The notes under the pieces were generated by a model. That model saw nothing but the letters and a program-made list of their open reading frames with translations, searched no databases and was not told the origin of the DNA. From the NCBI RefSeq assembly GCF_018350175.1, contig NC_058372.1:15562001-15626000 (forward strand): a stretch of DNA of 64,000 nt, written 5' to 3'. Position numbers and translations under genes: made by a program. The DNA is from Felis catus. Lineage: Eukaryota. Below, piece after piece: positions 40,045-53,851 of this stretch; position 1 is the stretch's first letter, and each line of letters begins with the position of its first letter.

Positions 40045-40260
40045 GGGGCGTCTGGGCGGCTCAGTCAGTTAAGTGTCTGACTTCAGCTCAGGTCATGATC
40101 TCGTAGTTCGTGCGTCTGAGCCCCGCATCAGGCTCTGCGCCGACAGCTCGGAGCCTGGAGCCCACTTCCGATTCTGTGTCTCCCCTCTCTCTCTCTGCCC
40201 CTTCCCTCCCGCTCACTCTCTCTCTCTCTCTCTCTCAAAGATAAATAAACATTAAAAAAA
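40045..40260 (+). mobile_element. CAN-SINE
   Basis: Degenerate TSD AATTAAATTC(G/A)ATTT. Confidence 0.92.
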
Positions 40261-41712
40261 TTAAATTCAATTTCAAAGTGAAATTACACATGATTCATTG
40301 CCAGCAAACTGCTCTTAAGGAATTAGAATCGTAGGTGTCCATATAATCACGACAACCAACACCTGTTGACGACATCAGCGGTTTGGGGGAATTATAAATC
40401 ATCTGTACAAAAGCACATTATCCTGTTTGTTTTTGCAGCAATGCAGGGGGGCCCTGTTGCCCCTAGGGAGACCGGGGGGGAGGAGAGCACCATTCAACTG
40501 GTAACTGAGCTGTGGAACCTAAGCCTTCTGCAAGACAGGCACAAGGGAAAATGAGAAGGCTCCAGAGATGGGTCTGACAGTCCCTCCCGGGAAGACTGCT
40601 ATTTGTGACCATCCCGGCAAAAGCTGGGAGGGTCCGACCAAAGTCTCAAAGTCACAAAGTCATGAAAGCAAGCACAAATCTGCTCATCTGATCTCAGAAC
40701 CCTGGAACCAAGGGGAAGATCTATGATGTTTCGAAGTAGTTCACTGAGCTCGCATAAAATGAAATACTGCATAGACCCTAGGGAGCTAGGAAGGGGCAGA
40801 ACATTCACGGAGAAGGTACAAATACGTTCAAGCTAGATCCCTAGGGATTATAAAGGCAACATACGGATGGCTGCGCTTCCTCTCCAGTCCTGCATCTACC
40901 TGAGGCATGATATGGATTCACTTTGCGGGGGTCACACTCTGATTTCTTGCATTTAGAGTGATGGGGGTGGCTGGTCTACCCACCCGCAGTCGGTGGTCTA
41001 CCAGGGCCTCCCCATTTTCCCTTGAAACTCCCAGCGTGCTCTGTGACACCTAGGTCTGGACCCCAAGTTTGACTGATGCATGGCTGTCATGTTCTTTCAC
41101 TTGTCCATGTAGGTATCACGGTTCCTTCAGGCACTATCGAAGCACGAATATCAGATTTGGTTTACGGCACCACCCAGAGCCCGAGAACAAGTATCCTGCT
41201 ATGAACTTGTGGGGCAAATGGTCATCCAGCTTCTCCTTCAAGGCCTCAGCTACAGGCAGCTCTCTCCCTCACAAGCCCTCCCGTCCTGGGGATGCTTGGC
41301 GCTAGCCGACGACGCGGTGGGGAACGAGCCCGACTACAACCCCACTCTCAGACTGCCCCCTGGACCCTGAACCAGTGTTCAAGAGGACGCACCAGCAGGG
41401 GCAGCCGCTGGGGGCCTTTCGCAATTTCAGGTTGACAATGGCCATCTCCCGCCTTCATGTGTGCATCCAATTGTCAATCCATCCCGAAGCATTGTTGTCC
41501 ATCGAATCCAGGGGAACATCAAAGAGACAGGTTTGGTTGAAATCAAGCAACTGCCGCTAAATGCCCACAAAACGTGCCCCACTTTGTCCTCCAAAGTTAA
41601 ATCCTTCATCATGGCATTCGCGGCTTTCCACAGCTTCCCTTCAACCCACTTCTGGCCTGATCTTTGTTTCACTACAAGAAGCCTGCACTCTTGCCACGCT
41701 GGGCTATTTGCC

Positions 41713-41906
41713 TTTTTTTTTTTTTTTTAATTTATTTTGAGAGCACAAGCAGGGGAGGGGCAGAGAGAGGGAGAGAGGGAATCCCAAGCGGGCTCTGCAC
41801 CGTCAGCACAGAGCTGGACACAGGGAGCCATCCCACGAACAGGGAGATCTTGACCTGAGCCGAAACCAAGAGTCAGACGCTCAACCGACTGAGCCACCCA
41901 GGCGCC
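41713..41906 (-). mobile_element. CAN-SINE
   Basis: T tail, body and head; CTATTT flanks. Confidence 0.9.
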
Positions 41907-42224
41907 CTATTTCTCGAACATACTATGCCTCAGACGTAGGTGCCTCTGTGTACGTTACTTCATTTACCAAGACCTCCTTTCCTATCCCTACCCGGCAAAA
42001 CTGTACTCATCTTTAAGGCCTGTTTTAAATACCCCCTCCCTGATGATGCTATCCTGCTTTTTCTGAGTCTTTCCAAAGGCGTCGGTCTCTTCCTGTTTGA
42101 ATTTCTTCAGAACCATGCCATCACGTCTTCGTACTAAACACCTTCTGTAGCTTCTAACTGCCTACGACCCCGACAGCTGATGAGGGAACACTGCTCATAA
42201 ATTAAATTAAGGCTGGAAGAACAC

Positions 42225-42845
42225 CAGGCACATGGTGGGCGCTCAAAACTCACGTGGCATTCAGCCTTACGAAGGAAGGACATCTGATCACGTGCTGCAG
42301 CACGGATCCACCTTGAGGACATTATGCAAAGTGAAATAAGCCTCTGACAAAAAGACAAGCGCCGTCTGATTCCACTTTTAGAAGGTAGCTCCGACTCAGA
42401 GAAACAAGAAGTAAAGGGGCTAAGTGGGGAGGAGAGAAAAAGGGGAGTTGTTTCACAGGTACAGAGTTTGAATTTCACAAGATGAAGAAGTTCGGGAAAT
42501 CTGCCGCCCAACACTGTGAATACAGTTAACATTACCGAGTTGCATACCTACAAACTGTTAAGAAGGTACATTTTTTTTTAAAGTTTATTTGTTTACTTTG
42601 GGAGAGAGGGAGAGAGCACAAGGTGGGGGGAGGAGGGGGCAACAGAGAGAGAGAGGGAGAGGGAGAACATCCCAAGCAGGCTCTGAGCTGCCAGTACAGA
42701 GCCCAAAGCGGGGCTCGAACTCACAAACCGTGAGATCGTGACCTGAGCCGAAATCAAGAGTTGGACGCTTAACTGACTGAGCCACCCGGGTGCCCCAAGA
42801 AGGTAAATTTTACGTTATGTTTTCACTACAAAAAGAAAAAAAGTG
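42225..42845 (+). mobile_element. Old L1 (L1MA/MB-like) 3' end, interrupted by a minus CAN-SINE at 42571-42795
   Basis: CTTGAGGACATTATGC.AAGTGAAATAAGCC...CAAGATGAAGAAGTTC; SINE TSD AAGAAGGTA(C/A)ATTTT. Confidence 0.85.
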
Positions 42846-44407
42846 CCAAGTGAATTAAATCTCTAACCTAACGGTGCTACATAAAAAAGAAAAGTGTTTC
42901 GCTGTAATCTTCATGCTGATCACAGAGGTCAGAGCAGAAAGCACCCTTTAAAAAATGTTTTTATTAATAGGAAGTCCTCACAGGCACCAGGAAGGAATTT
43001 CTACATTTTAAGAAAGGGAAACCAAGAGTATATTGGGTGTATTTCCCATGCCTCACGGTATCAGCTATCAAGAGAATGAACCTTAAACCTCTTTCTGAGG
43101 CTTCTGGGTTGCAGTTGATGTTTTCCATTTAAGGCAGAGATGAGGTTCAAGGTCACGGGGGTCCATTCACAACTCTTCTTGTGCCTTCAGAGTAGAAGGC
43201 AGGGAGGGGAGGCAAGGATAGAGGCAAAAGCATATGATTTTATAGGGTTGGAGAGTAGGATGTAGGGTGGGGTGGGGTGCTGGAGAGAAATGGGGACAGA
43301 GGATGAGACAGCCAGGGAGGAACAACACAATCACCATGAGGATGTGATTGCAGAAGAGTCCGCCATGGGCAATGTCCACAAAACCAGAGAGATGGCTAAG
43401 ACAGGAATGTTGGTTTTGGGGTGACAAGCTCTGGATAGAAGATTCTCATTAGACGAGTATAAAGCTGAGGAATACCACAAGGCACGGAGGTCACCTGCCA
43501 GGGACATCTGCAGTTGCAAAACCTTCAGAATGTTGACACTAGCCATCCACCACCAGAAGTTTCCTTGTATTTCAGGGTCTAAAGACAATGCAAAGAAGCC
43601 CGGGCAGGTTCACGTTAGCAGAAGGACTTCTTTTTAAGGATCAGCAATGCTTCCCTTTCTTTGCCAAATTGCCAGTCTCCAATTGTGGCCAAATGCTCCC
43701 GTGCCATCTGCACCGTTCTTGATTCTTATGGACTGTCTGCTTCTAGCACGTTCTTCTAAACCCAACCCAACTGCATGCATTCAGGTCCTCCTCTTTATAA
43801 TCCAGTGCCTTGAGAGTATGACTTATGTTTGAAAGACTGGATACATTTTTGTCTTTGAGTTCTGCAAATAAAGAAGCCAATTTTCTTAAACAGGCGGAAA
43901 CACACAAGGCAAAAACGTGCAAAGGAAGCTCAGGATTCTCTTATTTTGCATTTTAAGAATAGGTAGCTTGGTGCGGTAGAAACTCGTGGTTGGAAGTAAG
44001 AACTCCAGAGTAAAACAAAGTGGGTTGAGTCCATCTCTGGCACTTAGTACCTATGTAACCATGACTGAGTCCTTCAACTTAATCGAATTTCACTTTCCTC
44101 TTCCAGGAAAAAGAGAGAATAATGATAACAGTATCGACTCCACAGCACTAAATGGTATGCCATCAAGTTCTCAAAAAATGGCAGCTGCCATTTTTATCAC
44201 CCAAGTGTGAATGCCTGACTGTGAAGTCCAGCTCTCACATTAGTTGATTATGCTGCACACAAATGGCACCTACGGGGTACCTAATCACAGGTACCTTATG
44301 CAGAGTCATGAATTATTCATGCAGTGTTTCGTATCTGACTCCTGGAGCCAGGATGGCTAGAGAGATGATTGATGAAGACTTAGAAAGATAGGAGACAGCA
44401 GTGGGTT

Positions 44408-44437
44408 TTGTTGTTGTTGTTGTTGTTGTTGTTGTTT
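44408..44437. repeat. (GTT)n microsatellite
   Basis: Seen directly in the sequence. Confidence 0.95.
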
Positions 44438-46109
44438 GTTTTTGCCTCAATCAACCCTTTTCCTCTGGGGCTCGCCATCATTCCAAGAAGGATGCATTTG
44501 AGGCTCACTCATTTCAGATCATATGCCTTATGCAACCAGCTCTGCTATGCACTGTGCTTCCAGAATGGAAAGGAATCTGGTGCCCCTGTGTTACAAGCCA
44601 CTGTGCACGCTGCTGTTGGAGAAGATCAGAAGGAAGAAGATGATGATGGAAGAAGATAGTCTGGGAGAGCAAAAAGGCTCTCTCAGTTCTGGGAGAACTG
44701 AGAAAACTCATGAGAAAGTCTCCAAGTTTATAATGGTTTTCCAGATGAAGTCGAAGCAAGCAAATGACAAAGGAGAGATGTTTCTGCTCGTCTTTGTCTG
44801 ATCGTATACTTGGAAGCAGCTCCAGGTCAGGCTCATGCTTCCTCCTCTAGTATCCTACCGGGCCATTAACCACTGTCGCACTCTATTTATCATGCTTGGT
44901 GTCTTTCAAGTTGTCCTGCGTTGCCTTCCAAGAATGTCAACAGAGCAACAGACAGTAAGAACATGCTACCACTTCTAAGTCTCAGTTTAGAGTTCTATCA
45001 TTCCTGGTTTATTAATTCCTTCTGATATAGCCCAGATGTCTCTAGAGTAATTAGTAATAGAACAGGGTTAATGTAGCTGCCTCATGGTGATGCAGATTCA
45101 TTATGACTGATTGTTCACTTACAAAAATTAAGCATGTCTGATTGAGTTTAAGCCCAAAAGGCCAGCACCAGGCTTCCAGCCCACAAGCATCTCCACCTGT
45201 CTTGTCTGCCTCATATTTAAGAAGCTACCAGATACAACGCGGTAAGGATTATTAGCCCTTAAGTATTTTTATCCATTTGATACTAGCTATGCGGAGGGGA
45301 GGTTTATAGAGAGTAGATGAGTCCTCTCTCCTTGGGAAGGGATGCGGGAAGCCAGAGAGACTGGGCTAATTTCAGATATCTTCAGTGGCTCATAGATCAA
45401 GAGTCCTGCGGATATCAAGCCACCCAAGTTCACCGCTCATGGCTGAAGCTGTGAATGAATGAAGGGTGCCTTCATTAATCAGATAACTAAATAAATTAGA
45501 GGCTGTTGCTGGTTAAGAAGCTGTCAATTCTTCTTTTAAAATGTCTTACCCACTGTTCTCTCTCCTCCTGCTGTGATCGGCCAAGTGCTTGTGAGCTCAA
45601 TTTCAGAAACAAGAACAGCTTTTTCCATAGTCTCCCTGGTTCAAATTACTCAGTCGAATGCAACTAGTGATGCCGGAGAACGAGGCACAGGGCTGGCCTT
45701 TTTAGGCCTTCAACTTTCTCCTTCTGTTCATTCTACACGGTGACCCAGGAAGGCTTTCTAAAGGCGAATCACTGTCACATCTCTCCCCTGCTCAAAAACC
45801 TCCAAAGGCTTTCCACTGCCAGGGGGAACAAAATCTAAATGCTCATATGCCTTACCTAGGGAGCCCTTTCTCAATACGTCCTGAGAAGGACCCTCTGCCC
45901 CAGCTTGGCCACCTCATCACAGACCCGAAGCACTTGCCATCTCTGGGTCTCTGACCAGGGCCTTTTTTCTCTGGAATGTTCTCGCCTCATTCTCTATAAA
46001 TGCCCTTCATGCTTGAAGGGTCAGCTCAAGCTTCAGCCTTTCTATGCCCTCTTCTCAGATCACATTGAACTCCAAAGGATACTCCTGACAGTAGTTATTT
46101 CAGCACCTT

Positions 46110-46111
<2 letters not shown>

Positions 46112-46154
<43 letters not shown>
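46112..46154. repeat. (TG)n microsatellite
   Basis: Seen directly in the sequence. Confidence 0.96.
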
Positions 46155-46156
<2 letters not shown>

Positions 46157-47911
46157 ATACACACACATACATGTGTGTACATACAGATCCACTAAACTTT
46201 CATTCACTTGCATCTGCTTTGATACCTAGCACAATGTTCCACCTAGAAGCGTGGTGAATAAATAGGAACTGTAGGCAGGAGTTTATTTTGCCATATTTAA
46301 TCTTCAGGGAAATTTGGCATCAAAGCCTTCAAAAGCTGCTAGCTCTTAAGAGCCACACCATTGACTTCTAGATTTAGAATCAGTAATTCTAATTCTGGAA
46401 ATAAATCAGGAGAAATTCGGGTGCTTATAAAGCTATGTATGCTGCTGAGGATGTTCACTGCTGTGATCTTTACAACAGATGATGGGAGAGCCCATGAGGG
46501 CCGGACAAGCAAATCCCACTGCACGCCGAGCAGCTAACGAAACCATGTTGTGGAGTATTTACGAACAGGACAACCAGTTCACAAGAGATCATGCCATGTG
46601 TAAAAAGCTGATGATAAGAGATGATGTAGAGCAGGCATTTGGTTTTTATTAGACAGACAGATGAATGGACAGTGGTTCTCTCTCGGGGGGAAGCTTATGA
46701 GGGTACCTTCTCCTTTGTGGGTTTCTATGCATTTACCTTTTGGGACACTGGGCTAAGGTGTTACTGAGGTGTTGAATGGAATGGTTCCTTTAAATGGAAA
46801 TCTGCTCTTTGAAACTACAAACATCTGACTTCGTACATTGATAGAGTAGTCTGACTCAACCCTGTGTTTAATCGGGACTCGACACCTTTCTATCACAGAA
46901 ATAGCCTTCATTCCCTGGACTAGGGGTTAGGAAGCACGGGGTCTAGGCATACCTCTCTTGCAGAATTCCTGCAACGGCAGGATCTTTCTTAACGGCACCG
47001 ATTTTTCTTAAACAATCAGCTTTTCTAGTGTAAACCAGGTGACTATTCTTCCCTACCTCCATCCCCATCACATCTCACAAAAATGTACACAGATCAATCA
47101 GAAACTATTTCGAAAAACACCGGGCTCATCGCAAAAAGGCAGCCAATCAGGTTGGCATTACTGTCCAGGCTGGAGGAACAACCCCCTGAAATCTTTACTC
47201 TTTAATTTAAAAGCCACAACTTTAAATCAGAAAGCAGTATCCCATTCACGTTCATGTGCAATGCAGTCCTTACTAGATGCCCAATCACTAGCACATCCTG
47301 TGATGCCCGATTTAGTAACTGGGGGGACATTCACCAACACTTTAAACATGAATATATAAAAAGCATCTTAGGACAACGTTCCTGAACGCATTCTTCTTGG
47401 AAGAGTACTTCCCACCATACTTCGTAGATTGCCTTGTTTTTGTTTTTGTTTAACAGAACAAACAACACAGACATGAATTTTAATAAAGGAAATAGGCTGG
47501 GCTTCAGATCAATAATTTAGAGACAAAAAAAAAATTGAAAGCTTTGGCAAACTCATCATGAAGGGAACGAGGTACTGCGCTTCGTCTTTGCCAAGATTTT
47601 GACATTGAGGCTAATTCACCTCGATGGGCAAACAATCGTGAATCAGTCACACAAATACCAACGCACATATTCACAGGTACACATGATGAAGGCTCTTGGC
47701 ATACGGCTGGCAGGGTGTACGTCGAATGCTTCTTGACGGAAACACACAAACCCAGGTCGTGACCGCGTGGACGTGGAAACACCCCAACGCCCCACAGAGC
47801 AACCTCACCGAAGAGGCGCAACGGGCCTCAGATAAGAAGAGAGCGAGCGCGAGAGATCATCCCATGAAGGGAAGGCAGGGCGGGACGCTTCCAGAAGACA
47901 TCTTGACTCAC

Positions 47912-48006
47912 CTGTTATGTGGTTGGCAATCCTGGCACTGGGTTTGGGAGGCAGGGCGGGGGGCTGCTTGAGAAGGGACAGCTGTTTCACTGGGGTCTCC
48001 TCATGG
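47912..48006 (-). CDS. PHACTR1: PHACTR1 proline-rich cassette exon (only the 3' 95 nt are visible; acceptor is inside N-gap 48007-48146)
   Basis: Reads HEETPVKQLSLLKQPPALPPKPSARIANHIT, then donor ACAG|gtgagt (phase 1, compatible with both neighbours). Resembles the insert of longer mammalian PHACTR1 isoforms. Confidence 0.88.
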
Positions 48007-49402
48007 NNNNNNNNNNNNNNNNNNNNNNNNNNNNNNNNNNNNNNNNNNNNNNNNNNNNNNNNNNNNNNNNNNNNNNNNNNNNNNNNNNNNNNNNNNNNNN
48101 NNNNNNNNNNNNNNNNNNNNNNNNNNNNNNNNNNNNNNNNNNNNNNTGACATTACACAAACGCAGCGCAGGTGGGGCCGGCGGGGGCACACAGGACAGGG
48201 ACGTGGGTGACCAACACAGCAGAGCACACCCGTTCCACGTTGTCACGTACGGGCGGAGAGTTAAAGGGTAAAGCGAGGGGGTGGGGTGGGTGGAGGGACA
48301 CATCGGGGAGGCAAAGGCAGGAAGGCAGAGGCAGGAGGGCGGGAGGGGAAGCCAGAGGACATTTTCTCAGAACTATCCTAAGCTTCCCCGCTTCCATCTG
48401 GGCGTTTATGCCACACATTCTGTGAGTGCTCTGAAGTGTGACTCATGGGGCCACAGCCACAATCAACAGATGGCAGGTGCAGCGGACCAGGGACAAAGGG
48501 CCCCATCGGAATGAACCAAACCAATGCTGGCATCTTCCTTTGGGCCTGTTTGCCCTCTGCTGGGAGGAAGAGAGAGAGTCGATGCTGGGGCCTGGTTTTT
48601 GCCCACTGGGTCTCCCGGCGTGTGGGACGCCAAGGAACGAAGACAGCCTAGAGGGTGACGCCAGGCTAGGCGCCCCCACAGGCCTGGGGTGGCTGCTCCC
48701 CCCGACTCCGGAGCCTTGTAGGCACCTTGCAGTTTTAGGGGCTCCCCTGAACCTCGATGAGGCAGAGACCGCACCAAGGCAACGCCTTTCTGTCTCCCCG
48801 CTTCCTCTCTCCTCTCACTTGCCAGAACTGTGGCCTTCTTACTTGGTTTTCCCTCTTTCTCTTTGCTCCGCATCGGGCGTCACTCTTCCTTTCCGCCACG
48901 GGAGACCCAGACTGGCTCCAGTTAAGAGCTGTCCCGGGGGGTTAGCACGGGGCCTTCATCCCGTGATGGCAGCCTGGCCAGTGAGACCGAAACTCTGATT
49001 TCAGTGAGATGACAGATTGCCCTGTAACAGTCAACTCTGTGTGATTCCCATGTCACCAGGAAGGCTGGATCAGAGACACAATCACTGCTACAGCTGGAAA
49101 GCTCTCCTCAGCCTGGGGGGAATGTGACTCAGTGTCCCCTGCCGCATCACAGCCCTGCAAGTGACCCTCACAAGCCCCCGGTTGCCCCCCTCTCGCAAGG
49201 GACGCCATTATTGTCAGCATCGGACACACCGATGGAGCCATGACTCAGCAGGTCCCAAGGTGAAGCCTGGCGTGGACTCTGGGACACCAGCTCTCTCTTG
49301 CTCCCATCGGAGCTGTGCTGATGGCAGACTTCGCCTGTGCTGTGGAAAAAGGATATGGCCTTCGTAGCCACACTCCGGAGATTCCAAGAGGTCCCTCCGC
49401 CA

Positions 49403-49506
49403 GGCTCGCCTCCTGAGAACAGTCCTCACTGGCTGCCGGGGGGGGTCTCACCTTCTGCAAACCTTCTCAGGGAGGAGGTACTGACCACTCAGAGGGCTTT
49501 GGACCA
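49403..49506 (+). repeat. Copy 1 of a local diverged direct repeat
   Basis: Shares exact blocks of 14, 13, 8, 8 and 18 bp, in order, with 50731-50840. Confidence 0.9.
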
Positions 49507-49963
49507 CAGAACGAGTGACAGTCAATGGTACCAAACATCATCTGTCAGCAGCATGAGAGTTAACCGGTCAATTGCATACAATCGAATAGCCAATTAACAC
49601 ATTGACTGTGTATGGTAATACAGTCAGTAGCTGGGCTGTATACCGAGCCTGGGATTAAAGGCCGTGCTAGGGCTTTACAAACGTGACCTAGGTAGGAACC
49701 GTGCCCGAGTATAGGATTCCTTCGCTGAGCTTAACGGAAACAAGGGTTAGAAACAAACCACGACGTTTTAAATCCTCCGTATCACAAAGGGGATGTCTTT
49801 TGGGGAGGGATTACGATTACAAAAAAGGTTTTGAAAAACCATAGGACGGACAGTAAGTGCAAATATGTCCTGATGGGGCCGTTTCATCCTCACCTCCAGG
49901 AGATTCTCATGCTCAAGGTGGCTCAAAACAGAACCCCAAGTCCGGCCGGGCTACAGGCCCCTA

Positions 49964-50251
<288 letters not shown>

Positions 50252-50730
50252 CTAGTCGAGTCTAAACGTTTCTGAACAATCTTTACCAAGGGCAGGATGC
50301 AAAATCTACACTTGTTCTTTTGCTTTGCAGACCCTCATTTTAATTTTAGACCTCTGGCCTCTGACCACGAGGGCAGCAATTTCCGGTGACCTCTAGCAAA
50401 TTGCCTGCGTGCTTCTCCATCTTTCTAACCATAATCACCGTACTTAGTATGTTTTTTTTTTTTTAATGCAAGTGAATTAAAATATACTTTTCTTCATAAT
50501 TTTGGAAAGCCTGGAAAAATGGAGCAGGCCTCAGAGACTGGAAAACCAGGAATAAGAATTCCTACTTTAGGGAACAAAGGGCTTTCTATACCGCTCAATA
50601 CCAGAAGAATGGGTTCTCTAAGGCTCTAAGCAAAATTCATCCTTTTTTTTTCTCTTTCCTCCTGCTGACACCCCATTTCTCCAGGTAGATAAATGTTCAG
50701 AAGGGCTCAAAGCTCCCCCCCCCGCCCCCC

Positions 50731-50840
50731 GGCTCGCCTCCTGACAATAGAGACCACTCCTCACTGGCTGGTGGGAGGGTCCCACCTTCTTCAAACCTTA
50801 CAAGGGATAGACTGGTGACCACTCAGAGGGCTTCAGACCA
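50731..50840 (+). repeat. Copy 2 of a local diverged direct repeat
   Basis: Shares the same ordered blocks with 49403-49506. Confidence 0.9.
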
Positions 50841-52666
50841 AACTACAAGGCGGCAGTGACCTAAGGATGCTGGGAAGTGCCCCAGTTCTCCCAGTGTCCA
50901 CCAGTGATCACACCTTGGGGGCGAGCAGATTTTGATCTTGCTTTAAGCTCCCTCAAAGCAAGGGGCAGGCAGCCAGTTAACACATGGTTGAGGATCAAAG
51001 GCTCCCGCACAATGGCCATTTGTCAAATCAAAATTCCCCCAGCGTGATTTCATCCTAGCCCAGGGGAGTCCTAAATAACTAGGCATTAAAGTCAAATTAA
51101 TTTTTAAAAAGGACTGAAAGCTGTTCCAGTAAGATGAATAAACATCCAGATGAAAGGCTGTTAAGTTATGCTTAGTCAGAAACACAGAAACCCGCAAAGC
51201 AATGACCTGCCTTACAACTGCAAAAAAGATGATTTACTTGTAGAAATGAAACAGCGAAGTGACTCCAAGGTTAATCTTGTATCAATAAATCCTTTTCTTT
51301 GGCCATGCTCCTCCCAAGGCTTGATTTTTATACACAACAATATGCGGTGGTGAAGGAGTCTTTGCCTGCCCCCTTCCCCCGGGGTTAGAATTGGCCTGAT
51401 GAAATGTACATTCAACAACGTAATCTACAGACAGAAAGGTTTCAGCAGCATACGGTTCAAGGACATAGGGTATTTGACCTGAATCTTGGATAAACGTAGA
51501 AAAACATAGGATACCAAAAAATCACCCAAAGCAGATGATATAAAGCACCGACATGCTTTAAGATTGTGGGGCTTCTCCCCCCCCCCCCCCCCCCCGCCTT
51601 TCTTTTTCATTTGGCCGTTTTGTATGCCCGGAATGGTAGAGTAGTTAGTATCATTGTAATTAACAAATGATGGCTACTCCTCATTAATGAGAGAAGAGCA
51701 GTGCAGACGGTAAGGCCAAGGCCATGGGAAGTACACAGCTGAACCGAGAGTCTTCATGAGGGAAGGGCTGCGGGGGTGAGTTTACGCATTGCCGTCCCAT
51801 AAGGGATGGTCCCCAGTCCCCTTAACACGCTTTAATGTAGCATGTTCACACCGATGCCGTGGGAAGTAGGACTGCTTTGGGTTCCCAGGTGGGGGAATAA
51901 TGAACGACGCGGCTGCCGTTCGGTTGAACGCATCTCTAGGAAACCACTTGGACTTCTGATGCTCCCAGTGTAATGAAAGTCCTGGGTATGACAACTGGAG
52001 GAGGAGGGGTTTCAGTGCTATTGCAAGTTCTGCTTCTTTGGGGCAACAGTGGAATCAAATGACTGCTGTGCCTTTGTAGCAGATAAAAAGAACCATAGAA
52101 ACAGAAGTGGGGAAAAGACACAACACAACTGGATTCCTTAGACTCTCTGAATCTCAGTTTCATCAAGGCAGGTGGCTTAGTGCTGGAGGCGTGGCTGGTT
52201 AACGGAGAAGCACTCCTTGGGACACAGCAACTCTCCAAAACTTTAGGTCCCCATAGATTAAAGGTAACTTTGCTAAGTCACAAAGGCCCAAACCACTTTG
52301 GAGAGGGAACGATCTTGGGACTTCCACTGTCATAATTTCTAAATATGCATTTCCACTAAAAAAAATTAAAAATAGAGAAAATAGAAATAAGACATTGATC
52401 ATATCACTACCCTAACAGATACAGTTTATTCTTCTGTACATATTTTTCATAGTTGTAATCTTACTATGCATCAGATTTTGTCCTTTTTTTTTACTATTAT
52501 AAGCATTCTAATTTGCATAATTATCTTGCTGATTATATTGGATGAATAAACTGGCATTTATTTAGCAATCTCCCTATGGCTGGTCGTAAAGGGGTTTCTA
52601 GTGTTTTATGATAAGAAGAAACCTCCCTGCATAAAGTCTTTTCTGTCATTAGAATTCTCCTCTTGT

Positions 52667-53164
52667 AGGGGCGCCTGTGTGGCTCAGTCAGTTGAATGTC
52701 TCTGACTTTTGATCTCAGCTCAGGTGTTGATCTCAGGGTCATGAGTTCACGCCCCATGTTGGGCTCCATGCTAGGTGTGGAGCCTACTTAAAAAAAAAAA
52801 AAAAGGAAAAATATTGTTTCCTTGGCTGTGCAGAAGCTTTTTGTCTTGATGAGTTCCCAAAAGTTCACTTTTGCTTTTATTTTCTTTGCCTCCGGAGCCA
52901 TGACTAGTAAGAAGTTTCTGAGCACTGGGTGTCATATGTAAGAGATGAATCCCCAGGCTCCTTTTTTTTCCCTCTTAAATGCATTTTTCTTTTTGAGGGT
53001 GGGGGAGGTTGGGGCAGAGAGAGAGGGAGACACAGAATCTGAAGCAGGCTCTAGGCTCCGAACTGTCAGCACAGAGCCCGATGCGGGGCTCGAACTCACA
53101 AACCATGAGATCATGACCTGAGCTAAAGCTGGACACCCAACCAAGTGAGCCACCCAGGCACCCC
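52667..53164. mobile_element. Short CT-less CAN-SINE (+52667-52805), L1 ORF2 fragment (-52811-52921) and CAN-SINE (-52962-53164)
   Basis: ...GGAGCCTACTTAAAAA end; ATTGTTTCCTT.GCTGTGCAGAAGCTTTT L1 signature. Confidence 0.85.
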
Positions 53165-53478
53165 GAATTACTGGGTTCTACTCCTGAAGCCAAGACTACA
53201 CTGCATTTTAACTAACTTGAATTTAAATTTAAAAAATGGTTTTTCATTAAATGATATAAATCATGGTTTTAAATTGTAAAGAAGCATTCAGAAGTAAAAC
53301 GATAGAAACCTCAAAAAAAAAAAAAAGAAAAGAAAAAGGAAGTCTCCCCTTTTAGGAGAGATCCCAATAGATGAAATTTATGTGTATTAATATCTCAATA
53401 TCTAGCTGGGAATTCCTAATGTTCAGTAATTCCAAATTTGATTAGTTTGAAGAATATATAACTCTCCGTGTCCTTTCT

Positions 53479-53696
53479 TTTTTTTTTAATTTTTTTTCAA
53501 CGTTTATTTTTGGGACAGAGAGAGACAGAGCATGAACGGGGGAGGGGCAGAGAGAGAGGGAGACACAGAATCGGAAACAGGCTCCAGGCTCTGAGCCATC
53601 AGCCCAGAGCCCGACGCGGGGCTCGAACCCATGGACCGCGAGATCGTGACCTGGCTGAAGTCGGACGCTTAACCGACTGCGCCACCCAGGCGCCCC
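53479..53696 (-). mobile_element. Young SINEC_Fc-type SINE
   Basis: TSD TCTCC(G/A)TGTCCTTTCT at 53463-53478 and 53697-53712. Confidence 0.95.
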
Positions 53697-53851
53697 TCTC
53701 CATGTCCTTTCTATTTACCAGCACTATTTATTAGCCTCTTTACTGGCCCTTTTAATTAGCATTATTAGAAAAAGTGTTTTTCTTTTTTAGAAAACACTAA
53801 AAAGTTACTCAGGGTAACAGGAGTCTTGCGGATTATTTGTACCTTCATCTA

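Noticed and set aside
48636-48653. 'NEDSLE' peptide resembling NEEDSLE of the 168-nt exon
   Set aside because: Opposite strand, different codons and no flanking similarity; coincidence.
51478-51483. Possible 6-nt microexon (ccaag|ATTCAG|gtcaaa)
   Set aside because: The donor is very weak and nothing else in the sequence supports it.
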